From NCBI GenBank assembly GCA_948468385.1, contig CAOKHZ010000008.1, forward strand, positions 40,265-104,264: DNA of 64,000 nt, written 5' to 3'. Each line of letters opens with the position of its first letter. Within the stretch, counting starts at the first letter, position 1. Shown piece by piece: positions 60,289 through 64,000 of the stretch. The translations under genes and the position numbers were made by a program. Source of the DNA: an uncultured Faecalicatena sp. Its GTDB lineage: Bacteria; Bacillota; Clostridia; Lachnospirales; Lachnospiraceae. The notes beneath the pieces are model-generated. The model searched no databases. It was not told the origin of the DNA and was given only the letters and a program-made list of their open reading frames with translations.

Positions 60289-62361
60289 ATGAACAATAAT
60301 TTCATTGCAAAAATAAGCAAGCGCAAGGTAGAACTCCTTCTTTTGTCCTTGGTCGCCGTTCAGATTCTATATTTGTTGGTATTCAACGTATGCCGCATGA
60401 AATATATGGTAAACTTTGATTCCAACACCTATCTGGTTCAGGTCATGCAGATATGGAAGCAGCGTACCTTGTTGATTGAAGATTATTATTACAGCACCAT
60501 GCTGACATGGGACATGCCCACCCTGCCGGCCGTGGTGTTTTATGCCATTTTCCGTGACGTGTTTTTGGCATACGCCCTGGCGGATGACCTATTGATTATT
60601 TTATTCGTGCTTGTGCTGAACAAATTATGCAATGACCTTGATTTCAGTAAAGTCGCAAAATATCTGACGTTTATCGCGGTGTTTGCCACATATCAATATG
60701 GAAGTGTGGATTACATGGAGGAATTGTTCGTCAATGGGGCATTGTATGGTTTTCGAATCATGTTCATGCTGATGTTGATGGACGTTTTAGTGTGTTTCCA
60801 CAAAGGAAAGGCTGCTAAAAGGGATGTTGTTTTATATGGCCTTTCATTAATTGGATTTTTTCTTTGTGGGATTTCCAGCGGGATTTTCGAACTGGGCTGT
60901 TGTATATTCCCATTGTTGTTATATGAGATTTGGGACGTGCTCGAAAGAAAGGAAGACTTTAGGATACGTTACTTTTTTAATGCCAGGTTTTTGCTTGTCT
61001 GTGGTGCAGCCGTCGTCTCATTGCTTGGGATTATCGCGAACAAACTTTTGGGATTTGACGGTTCTTCGGCCATGAACAAAACTACGATGGCTGCCGAGGG
61101 ACTGGGAGAGAATATCATCAATGTTTTTGTAAGCCTTTTTCAGTTGTTTGGGTGGCCTCAAGATGGTGTAAGCATAGCAAGCATTTCTGGAATATTTGCA
61201 TTTGCGGCGATAGCGGTCACGGTGGTAATCTGTTCGGTTTTTATCATTTCTACCGTATGTTCATTTCGAAGACGAGGGATGGATGGAGAACGACGAGTCT
61301 ATTGCAGGCAGGTTTTTTGTGTATTCCTTGTAAATGCCGCTCTCTTTTGCTTTGCTGATTTAACGTACGGCGCGGTGACTTTTGAGTATCGCTATTGGCT
61401 TACGGCGATGGTTCCTATTTTTCTGGAATTTGGAATTTTATATGACTATGGCAGGAAGCATATAAAAGCAAGCTATAGAGAGTTTTTATTTGTTTGTTAT
61501 GTGGTACTGGCGGTTTGCATCTCGATTTATAAGGATTACGGCATGTGGCACGTGGACTGGGGCGGATCTAAATATGACGGCCTGATGGATATGGCAGAGG
61601 AACATGAAAGGGATGTCGTGTTTCTTTATTCTGATTATTTTAGCAGCAGGGTGTTTTTGGCCTTTACGCCGGAAGAACTGGAGGTATTTGCCGTAAATAA
61701 TGTCAGTATTGACGACAATGGGGCGAACTGGATAGAGGGTCAGCTTCGGATGCCAAAATGGGGGAATTATGTAAAATATGACGGGGACTGCATGGAATTG
61801 ACAGAAGATAAAAAAATAGGTATGTTTGTGACTGATTCCGTGGGGGAAGATTACCAGAAACTATTGGCAAAGGCGGAAGAGGTCGTCCCTATCGAGGATG
61901 GATTTTCATTTCTGGTGATGAATGAAAATTATATGGACTTTGAGTATGGCGTTCCGAAAGAAGAAAACGACCATAGCCGGGATTATCTTAACTGGGGCTA
62001 TGATAGAACGGAGCTGGCTTTGGACGAGGCGGGAGACTATGTATCATCCGGAGAGCAGGCGTGTGTTCTTTCCGGGGAATTTATATCTGACCGGGACGGG
62101 AAATATTCGGCAACCATAGAATATGAGGTGTTATCTTGTCAAGACGAGGAACGTCCGGCGGTTTTGGACATCGTGGTAACCGGGGCGGACGGTAAGGAGA
62201 AGTCATACGGCGTGGTTCTTGATGCCGGGAAAACCAAGGCGACCGTAGAAGGGTTTACTTTGCGGACCGGAGACGCTTACCGCGTCGTGGTGGAAGAAAG
62301 TGAAGGAACCATCGTGACACTGAAACAGATTGATTATTATCTGGAAGACTATGTGGAATAA
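60289..62361 (+). CDS. Large membrane protein (about 12 TM N-terminal half plus ~240-aa extracytoplasmic C-terminal domain); GT-C-like candidate, no recognised family
   Basis: 690-aa AT-rich gene. Its position downstream of the GT2, acyltransferase and methyltransferase genes suggests glycan decoration. Confidence 0.45.
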   Translation: MNNNFIAKISKRKVELLLLSLVAVQILYLLVFNVCRMKYMVNFDSNTYLVQVMQIWKQRTLLIEDYYYSTMLTWDMPTLPAVVFYAIFRDVFLAYALADDLLIILFVLVLNKLCNDLDFSKVAKYLTFIAVFATYQYGSVDYMEELFVNGALYGFRIMFMLMLMDVLVCFHKGKAAKRDVVLYGLSLIGFFLCGISSGIFELGCCIFPLLLYEIWDVLERKEDFRIRYFFNARFLLVCGAAVVSLLGIIANKLLGFDGSSAMNKTTMAAEGLGENIINVFVSLFQLFGWPQDGVSIASISGIFAFAAIAVTVVICSVFIISTVCSFRRRGMDGERRVYCRQVFCVFLVNAALFCFADLTYGAVTFEYRYWLTAMVPIFLEFGILYDYGRKHIKASYREFLFVCYVVLAVCISIYKDYGMWHVDWGGSKYDGLMDMAEEHERDVVFLYSDYFSSRVFLAFTPEELEVFAVNNVSIDDNGANWIEGQLRMPKWGNYVKYDGDCMELTEDKKIGMFVTDSVGEDYQKLLAKAEEVVPIEDGFSFLVMNENYMDFEYGVPKEENDHSRDYLNWGYDRTELALDEAGDYVSSGEQACVLSGEFISDRDGKYSATIEYEVLSCQDEERPAVLDIVVTGADGKEKSYGVVLDAGKTKATVEGFTLRTGDAYRVVVEESEGTIVTLKQIDYYLEDYVE

Positions 62362-62375
62362 AAAGGGGATAAAGG

Positions 62376-63608
62376 ATGATGCATGAAGAAAAGAGGCGAA
62401 ATCGAAATTTCTTTGTTTTACTAGGAATTTTTGCAGTTGCATGTGTTTTACGCTATTATGATCATTTTATCGTATCGGTTAATACGACGGTGTTTGCATT
62501 TTCCTATAAGTTGGGATTTATATCGAGGGGACTGCCTGGTACGGCATTAAGAGTTCTAAATCTCTTGTTCCCCTATGATTTCATGTCGTATAGCGGAATC
62601 GGGCTGGTATCGAAGGCGGCCACCTTTCTCTTTTTCGTTGTATTATTTGTGTTTTATGGTACTTGCTTGAAAAAGTGCAATGAGAAGATGCGGCAGGATG
62701 CGAGATGCCTGATTTTCTTTCTGTCGATATTTGCCTTTCCCATGTTTCTGTCCGCGGAGAATTTCGGAAGGTTGGATATTTATCTTTTAATCATCGTCAT
62801 ATTGAGCTGCATATTGGTGTTATATGAGAAATTTGAGTGGCTCATCGTGCCGTTGTCCGCGGTGGCAATGTTGGTACATCCCGGTTATGTCTTTATGGAT
62901 ATCAACATTTTGCTTGTGTTATTATTGTATAAAATGTTGACTGGTTCGGAGAAAAAAAGAAAAAAATATATTGCCTTGTTTGCCGTGACATTTATCACGG
63001 TGTCTGTTTTGTTTTTGTATTTTGAGTTTTTTAGCCATCCGCAAGGTGTGGATATCTATGAGGAGGTCGTTGCTACCGCGAAATCATTGTCGGATAACGG
63101 ACAGAATTACCATGACCATCTGATTAACCACGACATATTGGGAGAGGACGTGTTTTGGGCCGAGTGGGATTGGCATATCGTGAACTTTATCGAGTTTCCG
63201 ATTTTTATCGTATTGTTTTCTCCGTATATTTATCTGATTGGAAGGTTTTATTGGAACCTGATTAAAAACGAGCGGGAGCGGACGAAGAAATTTGCCTATA
63301 TTCTTATTACGCTGGGGGCGGGAACCATCTTGCCGGAGATGATTTTAAAAACGGATTACGGGCGTTATATGTTTGCGTTGATCTTTTACTATATCGGGTG
63401 CGTGCTTATTTTGTTGGCAATGGGTGACGAGGGCGCGACCCGGCAGGTGAAGGAACTGATGGAGTTTTTGAAAGAACATATGATGCTGTCCATATTCCTT
63501 CTCATGTATGCATTTTTGTTTGTTCCGTTTCGGGATTTTCATATATCGGACGTGTTGGAGGAGTTTTATGACATGATTATCGTACATTTGCCATATCGGG
63601 CATTGTAA
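62376..63608 (+). CDS. Polytopic membrane protein (about 10 TM), uncharacterised
   Basis: 410 aa and AT-rich, 14 bp after the previous gene, with a GGGGA RBS. Confidence 0.5.
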   Translation: MMHEEKRRNRNFFVLLGIFAVACVLRYYDHFIVSVNTTVFAFSYKLGFISRGLPGTALRVLNLLFPYDFMSYSGIGLVSKAATFLFFVVLFVFYGTCLKKCNEKMRQDARCLIFFLSIFAFPMFLSAENFGRLDIYLLIIVILSCILVLYEKFEWLIVPLSAVAMLVHPGYVFMDINILLVLLLYKMLTGSEKKRKKYIALFAVTFITVSVLFLYFEFFSHPQGVDIYEEVVATAKSLSDNGQNYHDHLINHDILGEDVFWAEWDWHIVNFIEFPIFIVLFSPYIYLIGRFYWNLIKNERERTKKFAYILITLGAGTILPEMILKTDYGRYMFALIFYYIGCVLILLAMGDEGATRQVKELMEFLKEHMMLSIFLLMYAFLFVPFRDFHISDVLEEFYDMIIVHLPYRAL

Positions 63609-63628
63609 GGAATTATTCACAGCCGGAT

Positions 63629-63684
63629 GAAAAGGAACAAGTTGGCTCGCAAGCTTGCTTGCAGGAAGCCACTTGTTCCTTTTC
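63629..63684. terminator. Bidirectional terminator between convergent genes
   Basis: GAAAAGGAACAAGT(T)GGCT ... AGCCACTTGTTCCTTTTC (18 bp with one bulge), with an inner GCAAGCTTGC palindrome. It is flanked by an A-run and a T-run. Confidence 0.75.
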
Positions 63685-63777
63685 ATCTGACTGGAATCAG
63701 TTATACTCACGGTCGATGAAATCTGCCGTATTTCACCCACATAAGCGGTTCCTATCCGTGAGGAGCGAAACTCTTTG

Positions 63778-64000
63778 TTACTCGGATTTCTTCTTGGATT
63801 TGCGGTGCTTCATTACCAACATGAGGAGAATGCCGATTACGGTCAGGATGGAAATCCAGTTGGAAATCCGTTGAATCCACGTTTCTTGATAGAAAACCCT
63901 GACATCCCCTTTTAGGCCGGTTTCATTTTGAACTTCCACCAGGCCATGCTCGGATTCTTGGACGGTCAGTTCCCGCGTTTCATTCTTTTCATCTGTCAGC
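63778..64000 (-). CDS. C-terminal end of a membrane protein continuing beyond the window (possibly YfhO-type; weak guess)
   Basis: Reverse-strand translation reads ...LTDEKNETRELTVQESEHGLVEVQNETGLKGDVRVFYQETWIQRISNWISILTVIGILLMLVMKHRKSKKKSE-stop. This is a terminal TM helix followed by a basic tail. Confidence 0.5.
   Translation of the reverse strand, partial: LTDEKNETRELTVQESEHGLVEVQNETGLKGDVRVFYQETWIQRISNWISILTVIGILLMLVMKHRKSKKKSE

Overview
The window looks like a chromosomal segment from a Firmicutes/Clostridia (Lachnospiraceae-like) genome. It is moderately GC-rich, has GGAGG-type ribosome-binding sites, and is densely coding, mostly on the + strand. I saw no rRNA, tRNA, CRISPR array, transposase or integrase.

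Contents in order:
- 5' end of a GH2 beta-galactosidase gene plus a divergent AraC regulator.
- GNAT acetyltransferase.
- An AT-rich inserted gene for a Schlafen/AlbA_2-type ATPase-HTH protein, next to thpR.
- Divergent MATE efflux / TetR pair.
- GH43 hydrolase plus PfkB sugar kinase.
- TraX protein and an orphan histidine-kinase-like protein that lacks the phospho-acceptor His.
- A LacI-controlled sugar ABC importer followed by fucI-fucU.
- A translationally coupled four-gene unit: ABC ATPase, double-FtsX permease, LytTR response regulator, AgrC-like kinase.
- A membrane-anchored, domain-permuted GH3 enzyme.
- Two WYL-like regulators upstream of a stand-alone RtcB RNA ligase.
- A cell-envelope glycosylation cluster (polytopic membrane protein, GT2, GtrA, Rmd-like reductase, ManC, phosphohexomutase, GtrB/CsbB-like GT2) running directly into a YdjG/YdjH/YdjI-like trio (zinc ribbon, TPM, SPFH).
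- MFS transporter, methionine aminopeptidase and DUF1015 protein on the - strand.
- A second, paralogous LytTR/AgrC-like pair.
- nrdD with NrdR boxes but no nrdG.
- A PD-(D/E)XK gene remnant.
- A second, AT-rich glycan-decoration cluster (GT2, two acyltransferases, TylF-type methyltransferase, two large membrane proteins).

The most interesting candidates are the WYL-WYL-RtcB module, the ABC/LytTR four-gene unit with a 42-bp tandem repeat, the His-less kinase, the Schlafen-like gene with an out-of-frame octanucleotide repeat, and a three-hairpin intergenic element.

Every functional call rests on motifs I recognised by eye. No database search was run.
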